From the NCBI RefSeq assembly GCF_001447785.1, contig NW_015160876.1, forward strand, positions 224,713-288,712: a stretch of DNA of 64,000 bases. The letters are read 5' to 3'. Position 1 is the first letter of the stretch. Every line of letters begins with the position of its first letter. The stretch is from Gekko japonicus. Its lineage: Eukaryota. The notes under the pieces are model-generated. The model saw nothing but the letters and a program-made list of their open reading frames with translations, had not been told where the DNA came from and searched no databases. The position numbers and the translations under genes were made by a program. Below, one piece after another: positions 23,940-34,690 of this stretch.

Positions 23940-25207
23940 CAGAGGTCGATTCGGGGAGAATCGCGGGGGATCGCCGTTCCCCCGGGTGAGGTGCGAGGGG
24001 CAGGGCACATGACGAAGCCCCGCCCCCTGCTTCCGGCCGCCTCGCTTCCAGCCCTCATTTAGCCAGGAGGAGGCAGAAGAAGAGGGAGGGTAAGTTGCTT
24101 CCTCCCTGCCTCTCCCCACCCCTGCCTGCCTGGGGCTAGGGAGGGCCTTGGGGCTTCCTCGCACTCCCGCCGGCCTTGCAGGTTCACCGCCGGGCCCCTG
24201 ATGGGGCTTGGCAGTGGAGCCGCAAGGCCGNNNNNNNNNNNNNNNNNNNNNNNNNNNNNNNNNNNNNNNNNNNNNNNNNNNNNNNNNNNNNNNNNNNNNN
24301 NNNNNNNNNNNNNNNNNNNNNNNNNNNNNNNNNNNNNNNNNNNNNNNNNNNNNNNNNNNNNNNNNNNNNNNNNNNNNNNNNNNNNNNNNNNNNNNNNNNN
24401 NNNNNNNNNNNNNNNNNNNNNNNNNNNNNNNNNNNNNNNNNNNNNNNNNNNNNNNNNNNNNNNNNNNNNNNNNNNNNNNNNNNNNNNNNNNNNNNNNNNN
24501 NNNNNNNNNNNNNNNNNNNNNNNNNNNNNNNNNNNNNNNNNNNNNNNNNNNNNNNNNNNNNNNNNNNNNNNNNNNNNNNNNNNNNNNNNNNNNNNNNNNN
24601 NNNNNNNNNNNNNNNNNNNNNNNNNNNNNNNNNNNNNNNNNNNNNNNNNNNNNNNNNNNNNNNNNNNNNNNNNNNNNNNNNNNNNNNNNNNNNNNNNNNN
24701 NNNNNNNNNNNNNNNNNNNNNNNNNNNNNNNNNNNNNNNNNNNNNNNNNNNNNNNNNNNNNNNNNNNNNNNNNNNNNNNNNNNNNNNNNNNNNNNNNNNN
24801 NNNNNNNNNNNNNNNNNNNNNNNNNNNNNNNNNNNNNNNNNNNNNNNNNNNNNNNNNNNNNNNNNNNNNNNNNNNNNNNNNNNNNNNNNNNNNNNNNNNN
24901 NNNNNNNNNNNNNNNNNNNNNNNNNNNNNNNNNNNNNNNNNNNNNNNNNNNNNNNNNNNNNNNNNNNNNNNNNNNNNNNNNNNNNNNNNNNNNNNNNNNN
25001 NNNNNNNNNNNNNNNNNNNNNNNNNNNNNNNNNNNNNNNNNNNNNNNNNNNNNNNNNNNNNNNNNNNNNNNNNNNNNNNNNNNNNNNNNNNNNTGAGTGG
25101 TGGGCGTGGCCTTATGACACACTTCCGGTGATGTCAGGGTGTGTGGCATATGCTAATGAGTTATGCTAATGAGTTCCCCTAGCTCTTTTTCTACGAAACG
25201 ACCTCTG
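23940..25207. mobile_element. Non-autonomous hAT element spanning the gap
   Basis: Ends CAGAGGTCG...CGACCTCTG; 8-bp TSD GTTAATAC at 23932-23939 and 25208-25215. Confidence 0.8.
24231..25093. other. Assembly gap
   Basis: N run. Confidence 1.
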
Positions 25208-25918
25208 GTTAATACTAATAAACAGAGTTGCTAAGAGGCAATGGCGGCGTCCTCTCAACATCCAGAAGATCACTACCATCATAATCCATGTTCCTGCCAG
25301 GCTGTTGGTTATTAACTTGGTGCTGATGTTACTGTTGTTGGGTCCAGGGCTGCAGTATTGGGAGGCGGAACCCTAATCAAAAGCCTGGTGGAAGAGCTCC
25401 GTTTTACAGGCCCTGCGGAACTGTACAAGGTTCTGCAGGGCCATGATGTCATCCGGGAGCTCATTCCACCAGTTATGGGCTGCCACAGAAAAAGCCCTGG
25501 CCCTCATTACAGCTAGCCTGGCTTCTTTAGGGCCTGGGAGGGCTAGACGGTTTTGGGACCCTGATCTTAGTGCTCTCTGGGGAACATGTGGGGAAAGACG
25601 GTCCCTTAAGTAAGTAGGTCCATGACCATATAGGTCTTATTACTTAAGGTATTACTTATTGCTGGGCTTATTACAGAAAGTGCAGGATGAGGTTGACTTT
25701 AGTCTGACCCAGTGGGACATTGTTTAAGGCTTGAAGAGTATATACGTAGGACCATTTAACTCAATTAGTTAAGCCTTTCACTATGAAGGTAAAATACATG
25801 CTGAAAAGAGATGATTTAAAAACACATTGCTTGGCTGTGGGAATTCTGGTGAGTGAATAAGTAGATTACATGAGAGTGAAGTTAGACAATATCACTGTTA
25901 GACTATTTTAGGCGTATG

Positions 25919-26010
25919 CAGGGGTCATTTCATAGAAAAAGAGGTGCAGGAGGTTATTAGCATAACTAATTTGCATATGCCACACCCCCTGACATCACCG
26001 GAAGTGTGTC
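25919..26010. mobile_element. End of a related hAT MITE
   Basis: CAGGGGTCATTTCATAGAAAAAGAG...TTTGCATATGCCACACCCCCTGACATCACCGGAAGTGTGTC, approximately the reverse complement of 25115-25207. Confidence 0.7.
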
Positions 26011-27954
26011 AGAAGACAACACCGACTGCTCACGCTCCACCCCCAAAATCTCCAGGTATTTCCCAACTCAGAGCTGGCGAGCCTACCTGATGGCACACAC
26101 GGGGAAAAACAAACAAACCAAGCCATGCCCTTCTGCCCCCATCAAAAAAATGGCATAATTGGAAGATGTCACGGTGAGTGTAGGCTGTGATGCAAGATGC
26201 ACTTTCAAACAAGTAGACAATCAGGATCAGGACCAGATACTGAGGACATAAACGACAAATGAGACTCCAGCAGTGGCAGGATAGTAAGTCAACCTTTTCT
26301 GTTGGACTCAGAAGCCGAAGTGGAAAGCAGGCTGGAGTGACCCGTCCCTTCTTTCTATGGACAAATGAAGACGGGGGGCTTTGCAGAGGCCTTTCCAGGG
26401 GGCCCCTGCAATGGACCTGGAAAGACAGGGGGGGCTTTGCAGAGGCCTTTCCAGGGCCTGGAAAGGCAGGGGAGAGGAATCACAACTTATCCTCCTTCTT
26501 CTTTCTCCTTCCGGGCCGACTCAGGGGAGGGCTGCTGGGAGTAGGGGTGGGGCTTGTACATCTCCCCTCCCCCTGGCCTCCTCTCTGCCTGAGTGTCGCT
26601 CCAGTGCGCTCTGGCCTGAAACGAGGCCTGGGCTTCTGTGATTTGTGAAACATTAAAATGGATGCAGTCCTTCAGATGCATATTGCAGCCTGCAGTGGTA
26701 GGATCAACACATTGCTGGATATGTTGTTGTTGTTGTAATTACCCACATCTTACATCTTCCTGTCTGGACAGGAAAATGGAGGAAATGAATTATTATAATT
26801 GTGTGGTATCCCATCCCTTGAGGATCCAGCTTCACAGTTTTTGATTGCCCTTTTATTTTTTCAGGTCTTGAGCTGGTAGCAAAACGAGGTGACTTATCAA
26901 GTCTTCATGGCCTGTATTTAGTTTAATAGCTTATAAGTCATGCAGGGGTAGCACGTAAGCTTTCTTTTGGTTTTATCAAGGCATGCACCTAAATTCAGTG
27001 GAGAGAGGCCAGGCTGGAACTTTTCTTCTTTAAAGACTTCTTGCACTGCTTCACAAGATGCTGTGAGAATTCTGGTTTTCAAGCCATGTCCCAAAGAGGC
27101 TTTATTATTTCTTATAAGTCTCTATTGGGCTTTGCCCTGATTTAATCTTTTCTTGGAAGCCGTTTAATAGAGCCTTCAAAATACTGACAAGTATTCACTT
27201 CACTGTAAATCTGTCTGCAGCAATAAAATATGGAATTCATTTCTGACTCCTTTAATTTCTCACATTTGTATCCCTTTAAGGAGTTCAGACTAGCATACAT
27301 GAGTTTATCCCACTGAAACCTTTGTAACAATCCTGTGAAGTAGGTTTGGCTGAGAGAGGATGACCTGCTCATGGTCTCCAAGCTAAGGCAGCATTAGTGT
27401 TGAAACAAGTTCTCCCCTGTCCAAGTCCTAAACTAGCTGCTGCACTACTTTCTTCCTAGGAAGGGGTACCATTCTCTAGTGGTCCTGGCAGTGGGGGAGT
27501 CCTCACTTCTGGGATATAGCGCCTCCTCTCTGAAGGCAGAGTTTATCAGCTTATTTGATCTTGGAGGGGAGGGGCTTGTCCCAGGGATCTCCAGTTTGTT
27601 TGGCCCTGCCTTCTGAGCAGGGCATCTTCAGCGGGGCTCTACAAAGCACAGCAATCCTGGCTGGATTTTCTTCATTGAAGACCTGTGCTTACCTAGGAAG
27701 GAAAGGGCCTAGAACACCCCCATACACACACACACACCACATCGGAGCAGCGGCAAGCAAATTTAGAGCTGACAGCACTAGGAGCCTCCTAGGGCCACAG
27801 CGTTGGCTGAAGACTCCCGCTGAGGTCCCCCTCCCCCCTCCAATATGCCCAGAGTGGTTGAGTCTGCAGCAGACTGTTTTGGAGAGCTGAGGCTTGTGGC
27901 TGTGCTCCCACAGTCTTTGAAGAGGCCAGCTCCATCAGTCAGCAGAGGAAGCGC

Positions 27955-28155
27955 CAATGCTCCCTCTAAGCTATAGAGGCCTGTGAGAAAAAAATCTACT
28001 TTGTGAGCTACTGGCATTAAAGTTGTGAGCAGGTGATTTGGCTACTGCATAAATTGCTCTGGAGCCATCCTTCCTGAGCTAAGACAAAAATGTGTGAGCC
28101 AGAGGCTAAAAATCTGTGAGCTAGCTCACACTAACTCAGCTTAGAGGGAACACTG
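27955..28155. mobile_element. hAT MITE (CAGTGTTCCCTCTAAGC TIR) nested in DIRS
   Basis: CAATGCTCCCTCTAAGCT...AGCTTAGAGGGAACACTG; GAAGCGC duplicated at the flanks. Confidence 0.8.
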
Positions 28156-28696
28156 GAAGCGCCTCAGTCCCAGTGAACCACAGTAAGACCAGTCCAGTGG
28201 TGGAAGGGGGGGTCTGTCTGAAGGAAAGGGGGACCCCCTAAGAAGGACAGAGAAATCCACAGGGCCATCTGAAGTAAATACAAAAGGCTTTCTCTCTTTT
28301 TTCTTTTTTCCTTTTGCCTCCCTGCTCTTCTATCAGAACTGTCGTTTTCACTTTCACTTTTGAAGGAGAGCATTGTTTTTGCCAGGAATGGCAGAGTGGG
28401 CAGGCCTAGCTACCTCCCAAGCCCTAGAGAGTCGAGCATGTGATCCAGATCAGCCTAACTTCCCAGCTTCCACATCAAACACAGCTTCTCAACTGGTTAG
28501 CAGTGGGGAGAAGAAAGTGGACCTCACAGCCTGGAGGCTGAGTGCGTTATCAGAAATAGGTTATTTAGAGGGGGTAATCAGAACCATGTAAGCCTCTAGG
28601 AAGGGCTCCACAAATAAAGTCTATAAGAACACATGGCAGGTTTTCCAGACATGGTATCTAGACCAAGGTTTGGATATTTATCAGTGCCAGTTAGCA

Positions 28697-29131
28697 TAGG
28701 GTTGCCAGGTCTGGGTTGGAAAGTACCTGGAGCAATGCTCCCTCTAAGCTGTGGAGTCTTGTGAGCAAAAATTCTACTTTGTGAGCGAGTGGCATTAAAG
28801 TTGTGAGCGAGCGATTTGGCTGCTGCATCAATTAGTTTGTTCTGGAGCCCTCCTTCCTGAGCTAAGACAAAAAAATGTGTGAGCCGGAGGCCAAAAAACT
28901 ATGAGCTAGCTCACACTAACTCAGCTTAGAGGGAACACTGACCTGGAGACTTCAGGGATGGATCCAGGATAGGGTGGGCTTTGGGGAGAGGAGGGGCCTC
29001 AGCATGGTAAAATGCCATAGAGTCCACCCTTCAAAGTAGCCATTTTCTCCAGGGGAACAGATCTCTGTCATCTGGGGATCAGTTGTAAAAGTGGGGGATC
29101 CCCAGGCCTCACCTGGAGGCTGGCAACCCTA
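28697..29131. mobile_element. hAT (Blackjack-like) MITE nested in DIRS
   Basis: TIR TAGGGTTGCCAG...CTGGCAACCCTA; 8-bp TSD AGTTAGCA. Confidence 0.88.
28733..28940. mobile_element. hAT MITE nested inside the previous MITE
   Basis: Same family as 27955-28155; 8-bp TSD ACCTGGAG at 28725-28732 and 28941-28948. Confidence 0.9.
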
Positions 29132-30794
29132 AGTTAGCAGGAGTTTATCTTTCCTTCAAGAAGGCTTAAATAAGGGTCTCAGCAGTAGTACCCTTTAGGC
29201 ATCAGGTGTTAGCTATTTCAACAATTGGGGCACCAGGAAGGGAAAATCTCTGGTTCTACATCCTCACATCAGGAGATTTTTGAGAGGGACTTCTTTATTA
29301 AACCCCCCCACAGGTTCATCGCTTCCCTACCTGGAACATTAACCTGGTTCTAAGAGCATCAGCCAAAGACAGCTTTGAACCCATGGCCACATGCCCACTT
29401 AAAGAATTGACTTTTAAAACCATCTTCCTGGTAGGAATCACCTCAGGAATCACCAGGTTATTGGAGCTGCGTTCACTATCAACGGATAGGGAGCTCTGCT
29501 TTTTCTGACCTGACCCAGTATTCATTCCCAAGGTGAATTCCACCTTCCATAGGATGGAAGAAATAGTCCTACCATCCTTCCGCCCGAATCCTAAACATGA
29601 GAGGGAAAAGGAGTGGCACTGCCTGGATGTGCATTAAACATTAGGTTTCTACTTAGATAGGGCAAAACAGTTTTGCAAGTCTGATGCCCTATTTGTGTCT
29701 TTTAGGAAGTCTACATTGGGACAGAGAGTGTTCACTTCCACCCTAAGTCGATGGATCAGGGGCTGCATCATTCCGGGGTACAAGGCCAGTGGCCTGAAAC
29801 CTCCTCAGGGCATCACTGCACATTCGTTAAGGGGGGCGGTGACATCTGAGGCCTACAGATCCTTCCTGTCATTAGAGACAATCTGTAAGGTGGCAAAATG
29901 GAAATCGGTGCACTCTTTCACCAGGCACTGGAGAATAGATAATTTGCCCTTCACCGAGGCAGCCTTTGGCAGGAGGGTACTGCAGCACATCCTTTAGGCC
30001 TGGAAGCTGGATGACCTGCTGTGGGGCACACTGCATTTTTTGTCCCAGAAGTGAGGACTGCCCACTTCCCAGGACCACCGGAGAAGGGAAGATTTGTCTT
30101 CACTTTCCATGAAGCTTCCTTCTTTGTGATCCAGGAGTGGGGCAGTCCTACCAACCCAAGATTTCTTGGGTGTGGCTTCTAGGGCATCTGGGGGTATGTT
30201 TGGAGTAAAGTTCTGTGGGACAGAATCTTGGCCACCAATATGGGAGCCTAAACAGGGACTATTTCCACCACTGTCCCACCCCAGAAATGGCAGAAAGGGG
30301 CTTTTGTTTCTTGAATTTGTCACTCAAAAATACCCCCCTGGGGGCTCCCGATCCCAACAAAACATTGCGGCACATAAATGCACAAGTGGTGCCTCACGAC
30401 CCTGCGGTGGAGATCTGCTTATGTGCATATCGCTAAATGATTTGGAAGGGAAGGTTCAGACTTCCCTTCTGGATTGAGACCGTGGTGGAGAGTTCAGACA
30501 TTCGGAAATGTGTGGTGAAACTAGACAGTCATAAACCTCTAACTTTGTCTAGTATCAGAAAACACCAATTTAGGGACAAGTGAGAACAGGAGGCTGACGA
30601 CTAGAGAACGGGATTTGGATGATGCTGTCTGATCATGCATTTTAAATCCAGAAGGTAACAGCAATGACATCAGATCACACAGCTTAAAAGAAAAAAAAAG
30701 ATCACACAGCTCATCTGACTGCAGCCAATCTCTCTGATACAGCATTCAGCCACTCATCACTGTTGTTCTGGCACCTTTCTCTGCTGCTCCAGCA

Positions 30795-31146
30795 TGAGGT
30801 TGCCAGGTCCCTTGGACCTGCCAGTGGGGGATGAGTGGTGAACTTACTGGGAGTGGGGAGGAATGCTGGAAATAAACATGATATGCCTACATGATCTGGA
30901 AATGACATTGGGACATTGGGGGTGCTACGCTCTGGTTTTGGGGTATGGTAGAATTAGCTTCTACCATACAGTTTTGTCCAAAAACCAGAGCATTGCCCCC
31001 CTCCCCAACGTCACCAATGTGCCTATGTCATTTCTGGGTCATGTAGGCATGTCATTTGGCTTCTTGCATGTTGGGGGGGAAGTTGGAGTGGAGAGGAGCA
31101 CCCAGAACCGGGGACCCCCACCCACACTGGGGGTGTGGCATCCCTA
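30795..31146. mobile_element. hAT (Blackjack-like) MITE with internal palindrome
   Basis: TGAGGTTGCCA...TGGCATCCCTA; 8-bp TSD CTCCAGCA. Confidence 0.8.
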
Positions 31147-32086
31147 CTCCAGCACCATAATCCCAGCAGCTGTATTTTTCTATAATACTTGGGTCTGAAG
31201 CATCTACAACCAGACATTTTTCCATAATGCTCCATGTTTGAGGGGAGGTGTCTTGTGGGCAAGCACAACTATAACAACCTACGTTCATGACTGTAATAAA
31301 CAAACAGGCTGCTTCTAACGTCTGAATGCAACCCATTTTCAGTGGTTAGAGGAATTAATATAGAATTTGATGTATTTATTTATCCAAACATTTATATCCA
31401 CTAGCCAGGGATAGGCTGTTGAATTGGTTTTGGAACCATCTGAGCTACAAATAGAAAGTTTGATTTACAATTGACATCTTTTTTTCTGTTGTAAATAGTG
31501 ATTTGCCACCTAAAAGATTTTTATTACACACTTTTAACCTAAAAGTCTCTAGAGACAAATACCAAGATTTAAGCTTATTCATACTATTTATAAATCACCT
31601 TCTTGCCATAATAGTTCCCAAGGCTGTTTGTAAATACAGAATATTCATAAAAGCATTGATAAAGCAGTCATAAAGTATCTTCCAGTATAAAGCGTAACAA
31701 AAAACTTTAAATACATAAAATTCCAAGATCTAAGAAGCATAAAACCAACAAAACATGATGCATTAAAACAAAAACAGTGTGGCTATTTGAAATAATAAAA
31801 GCAACCAAATGCCTGTGAAAAATACCTGTCTGTAGCATTAGTACCACCCTAACATATGGTCCCTTATTTGAGTACAAGGATTGCTTTTTCCCCTTCAGTT
31901 GTGGTTTTTTTGGCCCTTGAATATACCTTACCTAAAATAACTCCCAGATGTTCATAGTTCCCCACATAAAATTTTCATTCCAGTCTGATTTGATCATAAT
32001 TGTTGTCAACCTTGGGGAAAATTGGACCTTTTGAAATCCTATGTAATTATAGAAGAACAGCTTGTGTTGGAATGGGCTTCCTTCCA

Positions 32087-33010
32087 TCTATATATATAAA
32101 GTAGCCTGATACCCGTGCTTCGCTATGGTATGTAAGTTCCGTAAATCCAGTTATAATACTGATGATGTGAAGTCTGAAATGTGACATTTGTTGTAGGAAT
32201 TCTAATGGAGAAGATTGTAGTCTAAGAAATGAAGTGAGACATGTGTAATTTCCCCCCCCTCTACTGAAGGACCTCTCTCTTGACCACATTGGTGGTTCTG
32301 CCCTCAGAAAAGGGGGAAAACGTGCTCCCCCCATTGATTCCTATGTGGCTCCCAGGCAGCTGCCTCTCTGCACCCCCCACTCTCTGATTTGTCTGCTGCG
32401 CTGCTCAGTGTTCTGAGGTTAAAAAAAAAACACCCAACAGTTACAGCGGACTGCAGACAGCTAATGACAGCTGAGGAAATCAGGAGTGGCCAAGAACAAC
32501 CTGTGAGGTGAAGCAAAGCTGTTGGCCCAGCCTCTCTGATGGCTTCCAACACACTCCCTCCCCATCTAACAGGCTGTCTGTCAGGTGCAGCCCCATCTCC
32601 ACAGTGACTTCTAATACTCCTCCCCCTCCTACACTGGACAGGCAGCTGTCTGTCAGATGTAGTAGAGGAGGTGGGATGGCTTCCAACACACTCTCCCCAC
32701 ATCCTATACCTAACGGGCAGTTGTCTGTAAGGTGCAGCCCCACCTCCACAGTGGCTTCTAATACTCCCCCCTACACCAGACAGGCAGCTGCCTGTCAGGT
32801 GTAGGAGAGGTGGGATGGCTTCCAACGCACTCCCCCCACCTCCTACACCTAACGGGCAGTTGTCTGTCAGGTGCAGCAGCGGTTGCAGTGTGCTTAAATC
32901 CATGAGGGAGCCTGCCCCAGCAGTAATGCCTTAGTGATCCTGCCAGCTCTGCCTCCACAGTGGCTTCTAATACTCCTCCCCCCTTCCCCGTCCTACGCTG
33001 GACAGGCAGC
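32087..33010 (-). mobile_element. Helitron-like remnant with internal minisatellite
   Basis: Minus strand reads CCATAGCGAAGCACGGG hairpin + tatcaggCTAC|T (degenerate CTRR end) at 32101-32128; adjacent A|TCTATATATATAAA; ~140-bp tandem units at 32520-33010. Confidence 0.5.
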
Positions 33011-33533
33011 TCAGGAGTTCTGTGTTTGATTTTACCCTTTCCCCATTACAGATCACACTGGTGTGTTGTTGGCTTATAAATACAGTGTCTTAAAGGCTGG
33101 GGGAATTTGGTTCTTCTGCTATCTTGCCATAAGCAGTTGTGATGACAGCACTGAGTTACTTGGGCACTATCCACTGTGAATCAAAGTTCTACTGAAAGGC
33201 AAAGACACCAAGACATTACTGAAGTAACTTGCACACCCTCATTTTCCCCATCCAGTACAATGTAGAAGTTACTACTTCATGTATCAGCCACATGATGCAC
33301 ACTAACAAGTGATACTTTGCCATGTGCACAATCTATGTTGCTCTACACATTGCAACAGAAACACACAAGAGGATGTACAAACCACTCACACATTTTCTCT
33401 GAGCACTCCCTTCATTGTTAAAACCACGTTGTCAAGGTGTTGGACCCATAAAGCAATTTTGTTTCCCAGAAATGCTAAGAATGCATGCATTTACAGTATC
33501 TGCTTTCCCTAATATGCCAATCAAGAAAACAGC

Positions 33534-34091
33534 CAGGCCCGTAGCAATGGGGAGACCTTTTGGGGCAGTGCCCCCCCCGATGACCCCGCCTTCCCCAGGA
33601 GGATGCCAGACTCCCCTCCCTCCTACCACCCTGGGAGCCTTGTCAGTAAAGAGATGCGCCTGCCTGCCTCTGCAGCTCTCCCTCAGCAGCAACCATGGTG
33701 TCTGGGGTGGCTGGCACAGGCGCAGTGATGCACTGTGGCAGGCACCTCATTGCACCTGGCACCTCATTGCACCTGTGCTAGCCAGAGAGCCCAGCTGCCA
33801 CACTGCTGCTGAGGGAGAGCCGAGGAGACAGGCGGGCAGGACAGCAGGCGGCAAGCAAAAAGAGGCATCATGGTGCCTCTTTCTGCTTGCCGCCTGCTGC
33901 CCTGCTCACTTGCCTCCTCAGTTCTCCTCCCTCCCTCCCTTTTTCTGGCATGCAGGAGGCTCCTCCACGAATGGAGAGGGAGAAGGACAGCCATCCAGTC
34001 ATCAGGTCACTTACGGGTGATGTCACAAGTGACGTCATGTCAATGGCATGTGCCCCCTGCCCCCACTGAAAATTTTCTGGCTACAGGGTTG
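33534..34091. mobile_element. Non-autonomous hAT element
   Basis: CAGGCCCGTAGC...GCTACAGGGTTG; 8-bp TSD AAAACAGC. Confidence 0.82.
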
Positions 34092-34142
34092 AAAACAGCA
34101 TTGTATTAAAGAGGGGCAAGTTCTCCATTCAGGAGGGTAGAG

Positions 34143-34340
34143 GTCGTGGCTCAATGGTAGAGCATCTGTTTGTCATTTGGGAGGTCCCAGGTTCAATTCC
34201 TGGAATCTCCAATTAAAGGATCGGGTAGTAGGTGATGTGAAAATGCTACCCAAGACCCTGCAGAGCAACTGCCAGTCTGAGAGGACAACACTGGCTTTGA
34301 TGGACCAAGGGTCTGAGTTAGTACATAGCAGATTTGTGTG
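34143..34340 (+). mobile_element. tRNA-derived SINE (Squam2-like)
   Basis: A box GTGGCTCAATGGTAGAGC, B box GGTTCAATTCC; tail gatggaccaagggtctgagttagt. Confidence 0.78.
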
Positions 34341-34631
34341 TGTGTTTTTCTTTTCCTCTTGAGAGTCATGTTGCATTTTCTTATAATTCTATTGAACATA
34401 CTTTTGAGCTGTATATAAATTATCTAATTGGTTGGATTTGGAGACATAATCCTGGAGGCTGGGTCAGTGTTTCTGTGGGGCTGGGGGATTCCTGGGTCTT
34501 ATGTTATTGAATGGTTATGCGATCTAAGATGAGAGTTAAACGTTTAAGCATTATAGGAACCAGTTAAGACATGAAATGTTTATATTAGACACTGTTCTCT
34601 GGCGAGAAATCTCAGTCTGGTAAGAGTCTTA

Positions 34632-34690
34632 NNNNNNNNNNNNNNNNNNNNNNNNNNNNNNNNNNNNNNNNNNNNNNNNNNNNNNNNNNN
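34632..34690. other. Assembly gap
   Basis: N run. Confidence 1.

Larger units (their letters stand above)
23800..25640 (-). mobile_element. L2 3' end, interrupted by a hAT insertion
   Basis: (TTTA/TTTG)n + tatcccgccctccccg..ggctcagggcagcttaca at 23800-23870; resumes after 25215 with gcctggtggaagagctccgttttacaggccctgcggaac. Confidence 0.65.
27472..30150 (+). mobile_element. Internally deleted DIRS1-like tyrosine-recombinase retrotransposon
   Basis: YR motifs ASRKGSTNKVY..W, STLSRWIRGCI, AHSLRGA, ICKVAKWKSVHSFTRHWRID, AAFGRRVL; left terminus 27472-27514 is complementary to an ICR-like segment at 30043-30085. Confidence 0.8.

Noticed and set aside
24176-25169. Long ORFs of 300+ aa
   Set aside because: Artefacts of N runs; the same applies to 17962-18706.
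32500-33010. CRISPR-like or coding repeat
   Set aside because: Tandem units without unique spacers in a vertebrate intron; the ORFs are repeat by-products.
34143-34215. tRNA gene (also 7250-7322, 22614-22690, 40060-40130)
   Set aside because: These are SINE heads; no intact cloverleaf.
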